Source: an uncultured delta proteobacterium
Lineage (GTDB): Bacteria > Myxococcota_A > Polyangia > Polyangiales > JAFGIB01
NCBI GenBank assembly: GCA_963778655.1
Contig: CAVZVA010000003.1
Span: 640,001 to 704,000 of the forward strand
Direction of reading: 5' to 3'
Length of the DNA stretch: 64,000 bases
Part shown: positions 30,435 through 40,196 of the stretch, in pieces
How positions within the stretch are numbered: position 1 is the stretch's first letter
How the letters are laid out: every line of letters begins with the position of its first letter
The notes under the pieces: generated by a model
Seen by the model: the letters and a program-made list of their open reading frames with translations, nothing else
Databases searched by the model: none
Told to the model about the DNA's origin: nothing
Made by a program: the position numbers and the translations under genes

Positions 30435-31532
30435 TCACGCGCCGCGTTCGTCTCGCGGCGCCAGCGTGGGGTAGTCGGTGTAGCCGCGCGCATCGCCGCC
30501 GTAGAACGTGGACGGATCGGGCACGGCCAGCGGGGCAGCGCGCGCGATGCGGCTCACCAGGTCGGGGTTGGCGATGAAAGGCCGGCCGAACGACACCAGC
30601 TCGGCCTCGCCCGCCGCGATCGCTGCAGCTGCGCGCGCGCCGTCGTAACCGCCGTTGGCGATGAAGGGCCCTGCGAACGCGGCCCGCAGCCGCGGCGAAA
30701 TGCGCGCAGCGCCGCCCGCGTCGAGCGGCTCGAACACGTGCAGATAGGCGAGCCCGAAAGGCGAGAGCTGCGCCGCGACGTAGCCGAAGGTTGCCGCCGG
30801 ATCCGAATCGCTCATGCCGCCGAGGCTGCTGGTCGGCGAGAGCTGCACGCCGACTTTGGCCACGCCGGCGACCGCGCCGACCGCCTCGACCACCTCGAGC
30901 AACAGCCGCGCGCGGCGCGCGGGCGATCCGCCGTAGGCGTCGTCGCGCTGGTTGGCGCCGTCGCGCAGGAACTGGTCGAGCAGGTAGCCTTGCGCCGCGT
31001 GGATCTCGACGCCGTCGAAGCCGGCCTCGAGCGCACGCTGCGCGGCCTCGGCAAAGCTGCGCACCAGCGTCGGGATCTCGGACAGCGCGAGCGCGCGCGG
31101 CGTCACGAACGGGCGCCGCGCGGAGCCGACCGCGAGCTCGCCCGCGATCGCGATCGGCGACGGCGCGACCGGCAGCTCGCCCTGCAGGAACGCCGGATCG
31201 GAGAAGCGCCCCGCGTGCCAGAGCTGCAGGAACATGCGTCCGCCGCAGGCGTGGACCGCGCCGGCCACCTCGCTCCAGGCCGCGCGCTGCGCCTGGTCGT
31301 AGATGCCCGGCGAGCCGGGGTAGCTGGCGGCGTTCTGCGCGACCAGCGTGGCCTCGCCGATGATCAGCCCGGCGCTCGCGCGCTGCGCGTAGTACTCGGC
31401 AGCCAGCGGCGACGGCAGGTCGCCTGCGATCGCGCGCCGCCGCGTCATCGGGGCCATCACGATCCGGTTCGCGAGCCGCAGGGGCCCCAGAGAGCAGGGC
31501 TGAAACAGCGCTTGCAGCTGCGGTGAGCTCAT
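30435..31532 (-). CDS. Old Yellow Enzyme-family alkene reductase (NemA-like)
   Basis: NRIVMAPMTR, YYAQRASAGLI, QLWHAGR, AGFDGVEIHAAQGYLLDQFL, FGRPFIANPDL; start taken at ATG 31532. Confidence 0.92.
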   Translation of the reverse strand: MSSPQLQALFQPCSLGPLRLANRIVMAPMTRRRAIAGDLPSPLAAEYYAQRASAGLIIGEATLVAQNAASYPGSPGIYDQAQRAAWSEVAGAVHACGGRMFLQLWHAGRFSDPAFLQGELPVAPSPIAIAGELAVGSARRPFVTPRALALSEIPTLVRSFAEAAQRALEAGFDGVEIHAAQGYLLDQFLRDGANQRDDAYGGSPARRARLLLEVVEAVGAVAGVAKVGVQLSPTSSLGGMSDSDPAATFGYVAAQLSPFGLAYLHVFEPLDAGGAARISPRLRAAFAGPFIANGGYDGARAAAAIAAGEAELVSFGRPFIANPDLVSRIARAAPLAVPDPSTFYGGDARGYTDYPTLAPRDERGA

Positions 31533-31781
31533 CGCGGGTGAGGGTCGATCCGTTCGGGCAACCGCTGCCGGGTCCCCCTGCCGGGCGCCGGCAGCTATCA
31601 AGTAGATCCGAAGGCGGCGCTGTCGAGGCCGCGTGTCGTGCTTGCCGAGCCGGGGCAGCGAGCCGAGCAGAGCTTCGCTCCGGCGGCCGCGCGCGTCCAG
31701 TGGGCCTGCGGCATTCCTCCCGATCGGGAATCCACTCCGCGGGAGCGGCGCACGCGCGCGCCCTGCCGTAGGCTGCGCGGC

Positions 31782-32717
31782 ATGCTGCCACGGATCGTGT
31801 TCGTGCTGGGCAAGGGTGGGGTCGGCCGCAGCACGGTCTCCGCCGCGCTCGGGCTCCACTTGGCTCGCGCCGGCGAGCGCGTGCTGGTGCTCGAATGGGC
31901 GCTGGGCGATGCGATCGCGCCCTGGTTCGGGCTGCCCCCGGCCGGCGTCGATCCGGTCGAGGTCGCGCCGCGCCTGTCGGTCGCCAATTTTCGGCTCGAT
32001 GCCGCCCTGCGCGCGTATTTCGTCGATCACCTGCGCCTGCGCCGCGTCTACCATCACATCATCGACGGCCCGCAGGTGCGCAGACTGATCGCGGCGGCGC
32101 CGGGGATCTCCGAGCTGCTGTTCCTGGGTCAGCTGTGGTGGCTCACGAGCCTGGCCGAGCAGGAAGCCGGGCTGTGCTTCGACCGCATCGTGGTCGACGC
32201 GCCCGCCACCGGACACGGCAGCTCTCTGCTCGAGCTGCCACAGACGCTGTCGGCGCTGGGCCTGTCCGCGCTGCTCGCGCTCGAGGTCGGGCGCGTGCGC
32301 GCCATGATGGCCGATCCGGCCTGGACCGGTGCGCTGCTGGTCGCGTTGCCCGACGAGCTCTCGCTGGAGGAGACGCGCGCGCTGTTACCGCGCGCGACCC
32401 GAGCGCTCGGACGGGCGCCGCTGTTCGCATTCGTCAACCGCAGCGCGTCGCGCTGCTTCGGGCACGGCGCGAGCGGTTGTGATCCGCTCGCGCAACGGCT
32501 CTCGCCCTCCTCGCACGCGGCGCTCGGCATGCTCGAGGCCGAGTTGCGCGCGCGCACGCACTACGAGGCCGCGCTGCTCGGCGCGCTCGAGGGCGCGACG
32601 GCGCTCGGCGCGGGCAGCCTGGACGAGCAGCTCATGCTCGACGACGACGGCTCGCCGCTGGCGGTGGTACGCGCGCTGGCCGATCCGGTCGGCGCACGGC
32701 TGCGGAGCCCGCGGTGA
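31782..32717 (+). CDS. ArsA/Get3-family ATPase, first subunit
   Basis: GKGGVGRST P-loop, APGISEL, VVDAPATGH. Confidence 0.85.
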   Translation: MLPRIVFVLGKGGVGRSTVSAALGLHLARAGERVLVLEWALGDAIAPWFGLPPAGVDPVEVAPRLSVANFRLDAALRAYFVDHLRLRRVYHHIIDGPQVRRLIAAAPGISELLFLGQLWWLTSLAEQEAGLCFDRIVVDAPATGHGSSLLELPQTLSALGLSALLALEVGRVRAMMADPAWTGALLVALPDELSLEETRALLPRATRALGRAPLFAFVNRSASRCFGHGASGCDPLAQRLSPSSHAALGMLEAELRARTHYEAALLGALEGATALGAGSLDEQLMLDDDGSPLAVVRALADPVGARLRSPR

Positions 32718-33742
32718 GCGCGCGCCTGCACGTGCTGTTGGGCGCGGGCGGTGTGGGCAAGACCACGCTCGCGGCGGCGTACGCGCTCGCGCTCGGGCGG
32801 CGCGGCTCCCGCGTGGGTCTGCTCGGCATCGATCCCGCCCGCCGCCTGCAGGACGCGCTCGGTATCGAGCTCGAAGACCAGCCTTCGCTGGTGCAGGGCA
32901 GCGAGCAGGTCCGGGCGGCGCTGCTCTCGCCCGCGACCAGCCTGCGGCGCTGGGCGGCCGAAGCGGCGAGCGACCCCGTTCAGCGCCAACGCCTGCTCGA
33001 CAACGCGTTCTTCGTCGCGCTGGCCGATCGCCTGGCGGGCGCCACCGACGTGCTGGCCGCGGCCCGCTTGGCCGAATGGGCGGAGCAGGACCCGCAGCTC
33101 ACCGATCTGGTCGTCGACACCGCGCCGGGGCTCAACGCGATCGAGTTCCTGCGCCGCCCGCAGAGCCTGGTCGCGTTCCTGCAGGGGCGACTGGTAAGCT
33201 GGTTGCGCTTGATCGCGCGCAGCGACGCCGGGCCGCTCGCCAGCGGCGCGCGGCGCGTAGTCGGAGCGCTCGCGCGCATCGGCGGCGGCACCCTGGTGCA
33301 AGAGCTGGCCGAGTTCGTGTGGCTGGTCGAGGCGACCTTCGCGCGCATGGCGCAGCGACTCGAGCGCGCAGAGGCCTGGCTGCGTGACCCGAGCACCGAG
33401 ATCCTGCTGGTGACCGCGGTGCGCGATGACGCCGTGGCGACCGACCGCACGCTGGTCGAGGCGCTGGCGCCGGTCGGCCTCACGCCGAGCGCGGTGCTGG
33501 TCAACCGCGCCGTGCCCGCAGCGCTCGCCGCGGAGCTGGCAACACTCGATCTAGCCGCGCTGGCGCCGGAATGCGCGCCGCTCGTGCGCTACGCGCGGGG
33601 TTACGCCGCAATGCAAGCGCGCGTGGTCGCAGGCGTGCACGCGCTCGCGCCACGGGTGGTGGCGGTGCCGCACGCGCGCGGTCTGGACGGCGACGAGCGG
33701 CTGCGAGCGCTGGCAGACCTGGGTGAGACGCTGCTGCGCTGA
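32714..33742 (+). CDS. ArsA/Get3-family ATPase, second subunit
   Basis: GAGGVGKTT, IDPARRLQDALG, VVDTAP, VLVNR; GTGA overlap with the upstream gene. Confidence 0.85.
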   Translation: MSARLHVLLGAGGVGKTTLAAAYALALGRRGSRVGLLGIDPARRLQDALGIELEDQPSLVQGSEQVRAALLSPATSLRRWAAEAASDPVQRQRLLDNAFFVALADRLAGATDVLAAARLAEWAEQDPQLTDLVVDTAPGLNAIEFLRRPQSLVAFLQGRLVSWLRLIARSDAGPLASGARRVVGALARIGGGTLVQELAEFVWLVEATFARMAQRLERAEAWLRDPSTEILLVTAVRDDAVATDRTLVEALAPVGLTPSAVLVNRAVPAALAAELATLDLAALAPECAPLVRYARGYAAMQARVVAGVHALAPRVVAVPHARGLDGDERLRALADLGETLLR

Positions 33743-33796
33743 TGCGCGGATCGCGAAGCGAGCCCGGCTCCGAGCCGGCGCGACCGCGCTCCGCCT

Positions 33797-34945
33797 TCAG
33801 GGCACGCCGCCATCGGTGCCCTGCATGCCGTGGCACGCGCTGCAGCACTTGGCGATCGGCCGGCTGGTCTTGGGCGCGATGCTGGTAAAGTAGTGCCCCA
33901 GGTCGAGCGCGTCGTTCTCGCTCATGCCGGTGAAGCTGCCGCCCATGTACGAGGGCATCGGATCGCAGACCGGCAGGCTGTCTGGGCTGACACCCTGGCG
34001 CAACGTGGTGGCCACGTCTTGCGCGCTCCAGCCCGAGATACCGTTTTGGTCCGGGGTGAGGTTGAAGCTGTCGATCAGCGGTGGGTCCGCGGGCGCCGGC
34101 GTGCCCAGGCGCACGGGCACCAGCTTGCGCTCGCCCGCGAAGATACGCGCCTCGTCGATCGGCACGCTGGAGTCGGAGGCGAGCGTCGCGGTGTGGCACA
34201 GCATGCAGGGCGCGACCGCGGACGCGAGGTAACGGCCGCGCTGGGCGCTGTCATAGTCGGGGTCGCCCGGAGAGAGCGTGGTAGCCGGAATTTCCGCGCT
34301 CGGCAGCGCGTAGGGCGATTGATCAGCGGCGGCCGAGGGCTGGTTTTCGGGCAGCTCGTGCACGACCGGCGGCAGCGAGCGAAGGTAGGCGACGATCGCA
34401 TCGGCGTCATCGGCCTTCATGTTGTGGAAGATCCAGTAGGGCATCATCCAGTGCAGCGTCTTGCCCTGGTCGTCGACTCCCTGCTGAAAGGCCCGCTTGA
34501 TCTGCGCGTCGCTCCAGTCGCCGAGCCCGGTCTCGGGGTCGGGGGTCAGGTTGCGCGAATGGACCAAGCCGCGCTCGGGATCGCCCGGCTCGACGTCGAT
34601 CAGATTCTCGACGCCCGCCAGCAGCTTGCTCGTGTCGAAGTCGCCGCTGGGCAGGCGCGGGGTGTGGCACTCGTTGCAGGCGGCCACGTGCTGCACCAGG
34701 TACTCGCCGCGCGCGCGCTGTGCGGCCAGCGGATCGAGCGCCGCGTCGCGGGCGGCGTCGGGCGCGGCGCCACCGGCGTCCAGCGCCGGCTCCGGGACAT
34801 GGGCACGGGCGGCCGGGCCCGCGTCGGCTGCGGCAGCCGCGCGCTGCGGCGCGGACCGCTCGCAGCCGGCGAATGCGGCGAGCGCCAGCGCGAACCACAA
34901 CACGCAAGGCGGAAGGCGGACACAAGGAGACATCGGACTCGCCAT
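33797..34945 (-). CDS. c-type cytochrome lipoprotein with 3 CxxCH motifs
   Basis: RGEYL..CNECHTPR, NLTPDPETGLGDWS, RGRYL..CMLCHT, C-terminal CSACH; lipobox AFAG-C. Confidence 0.88.
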   Translation of the reverse strand: MASPMSPCVRLPPCVLWFALALAAFAGCERSAPQRAAAAADAGPAARAHVPEPALDAGGAAPDAARDAALDPLAAQRARGEYLVQHVAACNECHTPRLPSGDFDTSKLLAGVENLIDVEPGDPERGLVHSRNLTPDPETGLGDWSDAQIKRAFQQGVDDQGKTLHWMMPYWIFHNMKADDADAIVAYLRSLPPVVHELPENQPSAAADQSPYALPSAEIPATTLSPGDPDYDSAQRGRYLASAVAPCMLCHTATLASDSSVPIDEARIFAGERKLVPVRLGTPAPADPPLIDSFNLTPDQNGISGWSAQDVATTLRQGVSPDSLPVCDPMPSYMGGSFTGMSENDALDLGHYFTSIAPKTSRPIAKCCSACHGMQGTDGGVP

Positions 34946-35065
34946 CGGGAGCCTCCAGCCACCTCACCGCCTCCGTTCTATAGCACGCGGCCGGCCGCAG
35001 CCCTAGACCCTACCCCCACCCCTACCCCTGCCCTCGCGAGGCGCGGCCGCCGGCCGCGGCAGAGC

Positions 35066-36520
35066 TCAGTTGAGCTCGTAGCTGTCGAGCACGTTGCCAT
35101 CGACGCTGACCATCTCGACCTGCACGATGTCCGGATTGACGTGGACCCGGGCGTACCCGGAATCGGGCCAGTAGGTCGCGTAGCCGGTCTGCGACGAATC
35201 GAACTTCCAGGGCGCCCCGGCGCTGCCCGGCAGCGTGTAGTGAATGCCGTCCACCACCTCGTCCGTGAACACGTGGTCATGCCCGTAGAAGAAGATCTGG
35301 ACCCCGTGCTGCCGCATCAGGTCGTGGACCACGGCTTGCTCGCCCACGTGCGCGGCTTGCCCGCCGCCCCGCCCGTATGCCGAGTTCGCGTCGTCTCCGG
35401 CCGCGCCTCCGACCGGATGGTGGATGAACAGGAACTTCCACCTGGAGCTGGCGTTCTCCAGCGTCGCCCGCAGCCAGGCGAGCTGCGCGTCTCCCAGCGT
35501 CCAGTCGTCGGCCGGGCCGGGCTCGAGCAGGTGCGCCGTATGCGTGTAGGTCATCACGTTGAGCACGACGAACAGCGCATCGCCCCAGGTGAACGCGTAG
35601 TAGTCCTGCGTATCGCTGCCGCCTTCGGGATAGGTGTCGGGATCCGGTCCGGGGGCATACAGCAGGCGTTGCTCGCGCGAGCGGTCGATCTCCTCCTGCG
35701 TGTAGTTTCCGTTCTCCCCGTCCCAGTTGCCGATCACCCCGAACTGGAACGCGTTGCCCAGGGCGTCCCCGAGCAGCCTTCGGTAGTTCAGGTAGGCCTG
35801 TCGGGTGTACACGCCGTCCGGCGGCGGGTCGTTGAAGCCGAAGGGGTGGAAGTCGAGCTTGTCGCCGAGGTTGATCACGAAGTCGGGCTTGAACGCCTCG
35901 ACCTCCGGAGCCACCTGGGACAACGTGATCTCCTCGCTGTTGACCGTGCTCGAGTCGCCCGCAGTCACCTCCCGCGGTTGGATGTGGCTATCGGTGATCA
36001 ACGCGAACGTGAACTCCGTCCCGGGGTCGCGCCGCGTGGTGAGCTCGCCCTGGTATTGCTGCGTCTCCTGGTCACCATCGGCGGTCACGATCTCGTACTC
36101 GTAGGCGGAGCCGGGCTCGAGCCCGTCGAACGACCACTGCGCGACGTCGTCCGCCGCCGGCGCCGGCGACTGGGCCTCTCCCCAGGCGTCGCTGCCGGCC
36201 TTGCGCAAGCGACATTGCAACTGCGAAGGCTGCCCGCTGCCGAGCACGGCGTTCAGCGAGAAGCCGTGGGCGGTGGGGATGAACGGGTAAGGCGCTCCGA
36301 GCAGCGCAACCCCGGCGTCCTCGACCCCGCCGTCCTCGGCTCCGTTCTCGCCGCCCACGCCGGCGCCGTGCCCCGCGCCGCCGCTACCGCTATCGGATCC
36401 CCCCCGCACGGACACGCGGGGAACCCCGCGGCTGCGGCCGCACGCGACCAGCACGCCTGCAGCGGCCGCCAGCAAGAGCAGCGAGCGGGCTTTCCCTCCT
36501 GAAGCGTGGGCCCGCGGCAT
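35066..36520 (-). CDS. Calcineurin-like metallophosphoesterase lipoprotein (purple acid phosphatase-like)
   Basis: TDSH, NLGD, GNWD, FIHH, YGHDH; FN3-like N-terminal domain; lipobox VLVA-C; start taken at ATG 36520. Confidence 0.82.
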   Translation of the reverse strand: MPRAHASGGKARSLLLLAAAAGVLVACGRSRGVPRVSVRGGSDSGSGGAGHGAGVGGENGAEDGGVEDAGVALLGAPYPFIPTAHGFSLNAVLGSGQPSQLQCRLRKAGSDAWGEAQSPAPAADDVAQWSFDGLEPGSAYEYEIVTADGDQETQQYQGELTTRRDPGTEFTFALITDSHIQPREVTAGDSSTVNSEEITLSQVAPEVEAFKPDFVINLGDKLDFHPFGFNDPPPDGVYTRQAYLNYRRLLGDALGNAFQFGVIGNWDGENGNYTQEEIDRSREQRLLYAPGPDPDTYPEGGSDTQDYYAFTWGDALFVVLNVMTYTHTAHLLEPGPADDWTLGDAQLAWLRATLENASSRWKFLFIHHPVGGAAGDDANSAYGRGGGQAAHVGEQAVVHDLMRQHGVQIFFYGHDHVFTDEVVDGIHYTLPGSAGAPWKFDSSQTGYATYWPDSGYARVHVNPDIVQVEMVSVDGNVLDSYELN

Positions 36521-36543
36521 CGCGGCTGTTCCCCTTCCGCGGC

Positions 36544-37362
36544 TCAGAGCTGCTCCAGCCGCCTGGTGGTGAAGTTCTCGTCGTCGGTCTTGGGCGTGAA
36601 CGCAATCTTGTCCGTGTCGAACACCGAACGCCGCCCGTTCTGCTTGTTGACCATCTCCATGTGCAGGGCCCGGTAGCGTTTGTTCTTGGGGTCGAGCAGC
36701 TTGACGTCGTCGGTCGTCAACTCCTTGAGCAGGCGGCCGCTGCCGTCGTAGAAGAGCGCCTTGCGCACCGCGAGCTTGGCCTTGCTCACCCAGTATGTCT
36801 TCTTCGAGTAGCCCTCGCTCGAAGCGATGGCCGCAGACTTCGGCATGACGTCGATCACCCAGCACGGCTCGCCGCCGGCGGCTTCTTCCTTGAGCACTTT
36901 GTAGGTGTAGTCGTCGAGCACGGGCACGTTCAAGTCGGCGTAGGAGAACTCGCTGCCCATGAAGCTCTGGTTGCGCTGGGAGCTGACAACCCGACGCGTC
37001 TTGCGCAGCGCCGGCAGGTAGACCCAGATGTCATCGGCCTCGGTCTCGTGGTCGAACACCAGAATGCCGGTGCCCTTGATGTCGGGCGGAGACAGGAAGC
37101 GGTAGATCCGCTTCTCGGTCTTGCCTCCGTCGTAAAGCTTGGTGGCCATGGCGAGCTTGCGCTCGCGGGTCTGGCCGGCCTGGTTGATGATGCGCATCGT
37201 GACCACCGCTTCCGATCCCTCGAGCTTTCGGGTGAGGGTCACTTTTTCCATGATCTCCCGACCCGACGGGCTGCCCTGGGCGAGAGATACGCCGGCAGCC
37301 GCGCAGGCGAGAATGGCGGCGAGCGATGCGGTAGCGGGTCGGGCGAGTTGGCGGTCTGTCAT
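36544..37362 (-). CDS. LolA-like 'outer membrane lipoprotein-sorting' protein
   Basis: RFLSPPDIKGTGIL, DDIWVYLPALRKTRR, FMGSEFSYADL; signal peptide. Confidence 0.88.
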   Translation of the reverse strand: MTDRQLARPATASLAAILACAAAGVSLAQGSPSGREIMEKVTLTRKLEGSEAVVTMRIINQAGQTRERKLAMATKLYDGGKTEKRIYRFLSPPDIKGTGILVFDHETEADDIWVYLPALRKTRRVVSSQRNQSFMGSEFSYADLNVPVLDDYTYKVLKEEAAGGEPCWVIDVMPKSAAIASSEGYSKKTYWVSKAKLAVRKALFYDGSGRLLKELTTDDVKLLDPKNKRYRALHMEMVNKQNGRRSVFDTDKIAFTPKTDDENFTTRRLEQL

Positions 37363-37410
37363 GTGCAATCTCCCGATCTCGCGCGCGGACCTCGGCCTCC
37401 GGGCGGCGCG

Positions 37411-39099
37411 CTAGAAGCTGTAACGAAGCTCGGCATAACCCGCGGTCAGCTTCTCGTCGATTAGATCGAACAGGGTGCCGGCGGGCCCGACGAAGATCTC
37501 GGCTCCCAGGTAGGTGCGCAAGCGATCGGAGATCCGATACTCCAGCTTCGGGAACAGCAACCACTCCTTGGTGGTGAGGTTGAGCATCCCGAGCGCGGAC
37601 AGCGAGAGCGTCTCGTGCAGCGTGAGCCACTCCACCCGCAGCGTGGCCAGGTGTTGGACCCGCGCGGTCTGCGAGAAGAGAATCTGGTTTCGCTGGGCCA
37701 GCTCGTCGTGGATCGAGGTGGTGATCGAGTCCTGCAGCAGCGGGGGCAGCGGGGGCATGAAAGTCTCGAGCGCATTGGGATCGACGGGCATCGCGGGCCC
37801 TTGTTCACGCCGCCAGTTGCGCACGAACCGACCCATGTACTGAAGGATCACGCTGACCTGCCCGAATGCCCGGTCGACCCCGAGCACGTATTGCACGTCC
37901 GGGCGCGCCGCGTAGACGCGATGCCCGTAGCCCAGCGGGCGCCGGTATGCGGCCTCGCCTCGGATCGCGAACAGGTCCGAGACAGCGGTGGAAAAGTCGA
38001 GCCCGAACACGTCCTGCACGTAGGCGGTGCGCGTGATGCGCACCTCGGCGGGGGTCTGGCCGACGGTGAAGTCCCGCAGCGCGAGGCCCGGCAGCGGGGC
38101 GTACCCGTGCAAGTAGGAGATGGAGCCCTCGAAGGAGGCGAGCTCCAGGTGCACGCGCCCGGCGCCCAGGCCGTGCTGCAGCTGCGGCGAGGGGAAGCTC
38201 GGATCCGTGATCGTGATGTAGGGGTCGAGCGCGATCGGCGGGTACTCGGCCGGAATGTACAGCGGGAGCCACACCCCCTCGATGCGAACGGGCTCGAGGT
38301 TGTAGAACGCGCGTGCCCCCACGTTGCCGACGCGCCTGTCATCCTCGATCGGCGAGCGAACGCGCAGGTCGAAGGGCATCAGGTTGTTGGTGGGGTTGAA
38401 CGCGTCAGCGCGCCCCCAGACGATGATCTGCTGGCCAAGCCTGAGGTCCAGCGGACCCGCGGACAGATCGACGTACGCTTCGCGCAGGTCGAGGACCAAG
38501 TCGTGGACCTGTCCTTCCAGGCCGTAGCGCATGCGCATCTCGGCGTAGGCCCCGCCGAAGTGCCGCTTCGGCACCCGCAGCTTCAACGCGAGCTCGCCGT
38601 AGCCGGCCTGAAGCAGCGCATGAGCCGAGTCGGGGTCCTTGCCCGCGAACACGTCGCCGCGGACATAGCCGCCGAGCTCCACGCCGCCGGGCGCGCCGGC
38701 CTGGGCGGACCCGGACGCCGCGGGCTGGGCGGCCTCGGAAGGGCCTTGCCCGAACAGACCGGTGCCCGGGGCCTCGACCACGGCGCCCGACGCCGATCCC
38801 GCCGCCTCGGTCGCGGCCTGGGTCGACTCGGCTTGCTCGGCTGCGCCGGGCGCGGAGCCTTCCGGCGCGGGAGCCACGGGGCTTTCGTCGGGCGCCGGCG
38901 CGCCGGAGGCCGGCGCGGCACCCGGTTCGGGGAGGCTCGCCCCCGCGTCGGGGGCCGGGGTGGGCTCCACGCTCTGCGCGGCCGCGGGCTCCGCGGCGCC
39001 CGTGATCGCCGCCAGCGCGAGCGTCAGGCCGCCTGCGAGCCGTACGATCCAGCTGCTGCCTCGTCCAGCATGGGATCGCTGCATCGCAGGCTCAGCCAT
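37411..39099 (-). CDS. Outer-membrane beta-barrel protein (DUF1302-like)
   Basis: Signal peptide, Pro/Ala linker, LREAYVD, RLGQQIIVWGRAD..NP, C-terminal YAELRYSF. Confidence 0.78.
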   Translation of the reverse strand: MAEPAMQRSHAGRGSSWIVRLAGGLTLALAAITGAAEPAAAQSVEPTPAPDAGASLPEPGAAPASGAPAPDESPVAPAPEGSAPGAAEQAESTQAATEAAGSASGAVVEAPGTGLFGQGPSEAAQPAASGSAQAGAPGGVELGGYVRGDVFAGKDPDSAHALLQAGYGELALKLRVPKRHFGGAYAEMRMRYGLEGQVHDLVLDLREAYVDLSAGPLDLRLGQQIIVWGRADAFNPTNNLMPFDLRVRSPIEDDRRVGNVGARAFYNLEPVRIEGVWLPLYIPAEYPPIALDPYITITDPSFPSPQLQHGLGAGRVHLELASFEGSISYLHGYAPLPGLALRDFTVGQTPAEVRITRTAYVQDVFGLDFSTAVSDLFAIRGEAAYRRPLGYGHRVYAARPDVQYVLGVDRAFGQVSVILQYMGRFVRNWRREQGPAMPVDPNALETFMPPLPPLLQDSITTSIHDELAQRNQILFSQTARVQHLATLRVEWLTLHETLSLSALGMLNLTTKEWLLFPKLEYRISDRLRTYLGAEIFVGPAGTLFDLIDEKLTAGYAELRYSF

Positions 39100-40150
39100 C
39101 CGACCGCGCGCCGGCCGCGGAGCTGGTGGTGCCCCACTGCCCGGTCGCGACCACCAGCGAGAACCCCGCCGCAGCGCTGCCGAGCACGATCTTGTCGCCG
39201 GGCTGCGGCTCGCGCTCCTCGAGCAGTCGGTGATACGAGACGCCGACGCTGGCGCTTGCCGTGTTGCCGTAGCGATGATGACAGTAGATCGCCTTGTCGG
39301 GATGGGCGTCGACGCTCTCGAGGATTTGCCGGATCACGCTCTCGCTCGGTTGGTGCAATACGTAGTGATCGACCTGATTCGGAGACCAGCCCACCTGCGC
39401 GAGAAAGCGGGTGAGCACGGGCGGGATCAACTTGCGCAACCGCATCAGCTCGGCCGATGACGACGTCAGGGTACCGTCGATCGGAACCTGACACAGATCC
39501 CAATGATCGGGAACCGTATGCGAGTCGATTCCCAACAGGTGGATGCCGCCGTCCGGCCACGGAGTCCGGCGCAGCAGCATGCAGGCGGCCGCGTTGCCGA
39601 TCGTCAGGCCCGCAAACTTCTTGGACAGATCGCGCACGGTCTGGATGTCGTAGCTGAGGTAGCTCCCCGAGAGCTCCGCGGTGCAGATCAACGCACTGCG
39701 ATAGTCCTGGTGCAGAGCGAGGTAGGCCGCCGCGGTCTGTACAGCCTCGAGATGGCCCACGCAGGCAGTGGTCACGTCGAAGGCATGCGTGCGCTTGAGG
39801 CCGAGCTTCGCAGCCACTTCCATCGCGGTCGCGGGCTCGAAATACTGGCGCGCGATCCCTCCGCAGATGACCAGGTCGACCTCGTCCAGCGACGCCCCAT
39901 TGACCTCGAGGCAGCGTCTCGCCGCCGCCACCGCGTAGTCGGCTACGCGCGCGTTTCGATCAGGCTCGAGAAAGCGCTGGCGCGTGTTGCACAGCCCGAA
40001 CATGTGCTCGATCGCGGTCTTGATGTGCGGCCATTCCGACTCCGCACCGCGGTACTGCTCGCGGACCCTGCGGATGATCTCGGCGTTATCGACCGCCACG
40101 GCCGGGAAGCTGACCCCTGGCCTGGACAGGTACAGATGCGGAAGACCCAT
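39092..40150 (-). CDS. OleA-like / KAS III-family condensing enzyme
   Basis: EPATA motif, FDVTTAC (catalytic Cys), LTIG.AA, HQPS, YGNTASAS; stop overlaps the start of the OM barrel gene. Confidence 0.82.
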   Translation of the reverse strand: MGLPHLYLSRPGVSFPAVAVDNAEIIRRVREQYRGAESEWPHIKTAIEHMFGLCNTRQRFLEPDRNARVADYAVAAARRCLEVNGASLDEVDLVICGGIARQYFEPATAMEVAAKLGLKRTHAFDVTTACVGHLEAVQTAAAYLALHQDYRSALICTAELSGSYLSYDIQTVRDLSKKFAGLTIGNAAACMLLRRTPWPDGGIHLLGIDSHTVPDHWDLCQVPIDGTLTSSSAELMRLRKLIPPVLTRFLAQVGWSPNQVDHYVLHQPSESVIRQILESVDAHPDKAIYCHHRYGNTASASVGVSYHRLLEEREPQPGDKIVLGSAAAGFSLVVATGQWGTTSSAAGARSDG

Positions 40151-40196
40151 TAAACCTCCTCGACCGGTCTACCCACCGCGCAACGATACGACAACA

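Noticed and set aside
31782..33742. Arsenic resistance locus
   Set aside because: No arsB/acr3/arsC/arsD/arsR nearby; single-domain tandem pair typical of non-arsenic ArsA-like ATPases
34995..35034. Degenerate hexamer run (acccct-like) between genes
   Set aside because: Short low-complexity sequence with no evidence of function
33830..36502. 890-aa plus-strand ORF
   Set aside because: Antisense to the cytochrome and metallophosphoesterase genes, which carry clear motifs
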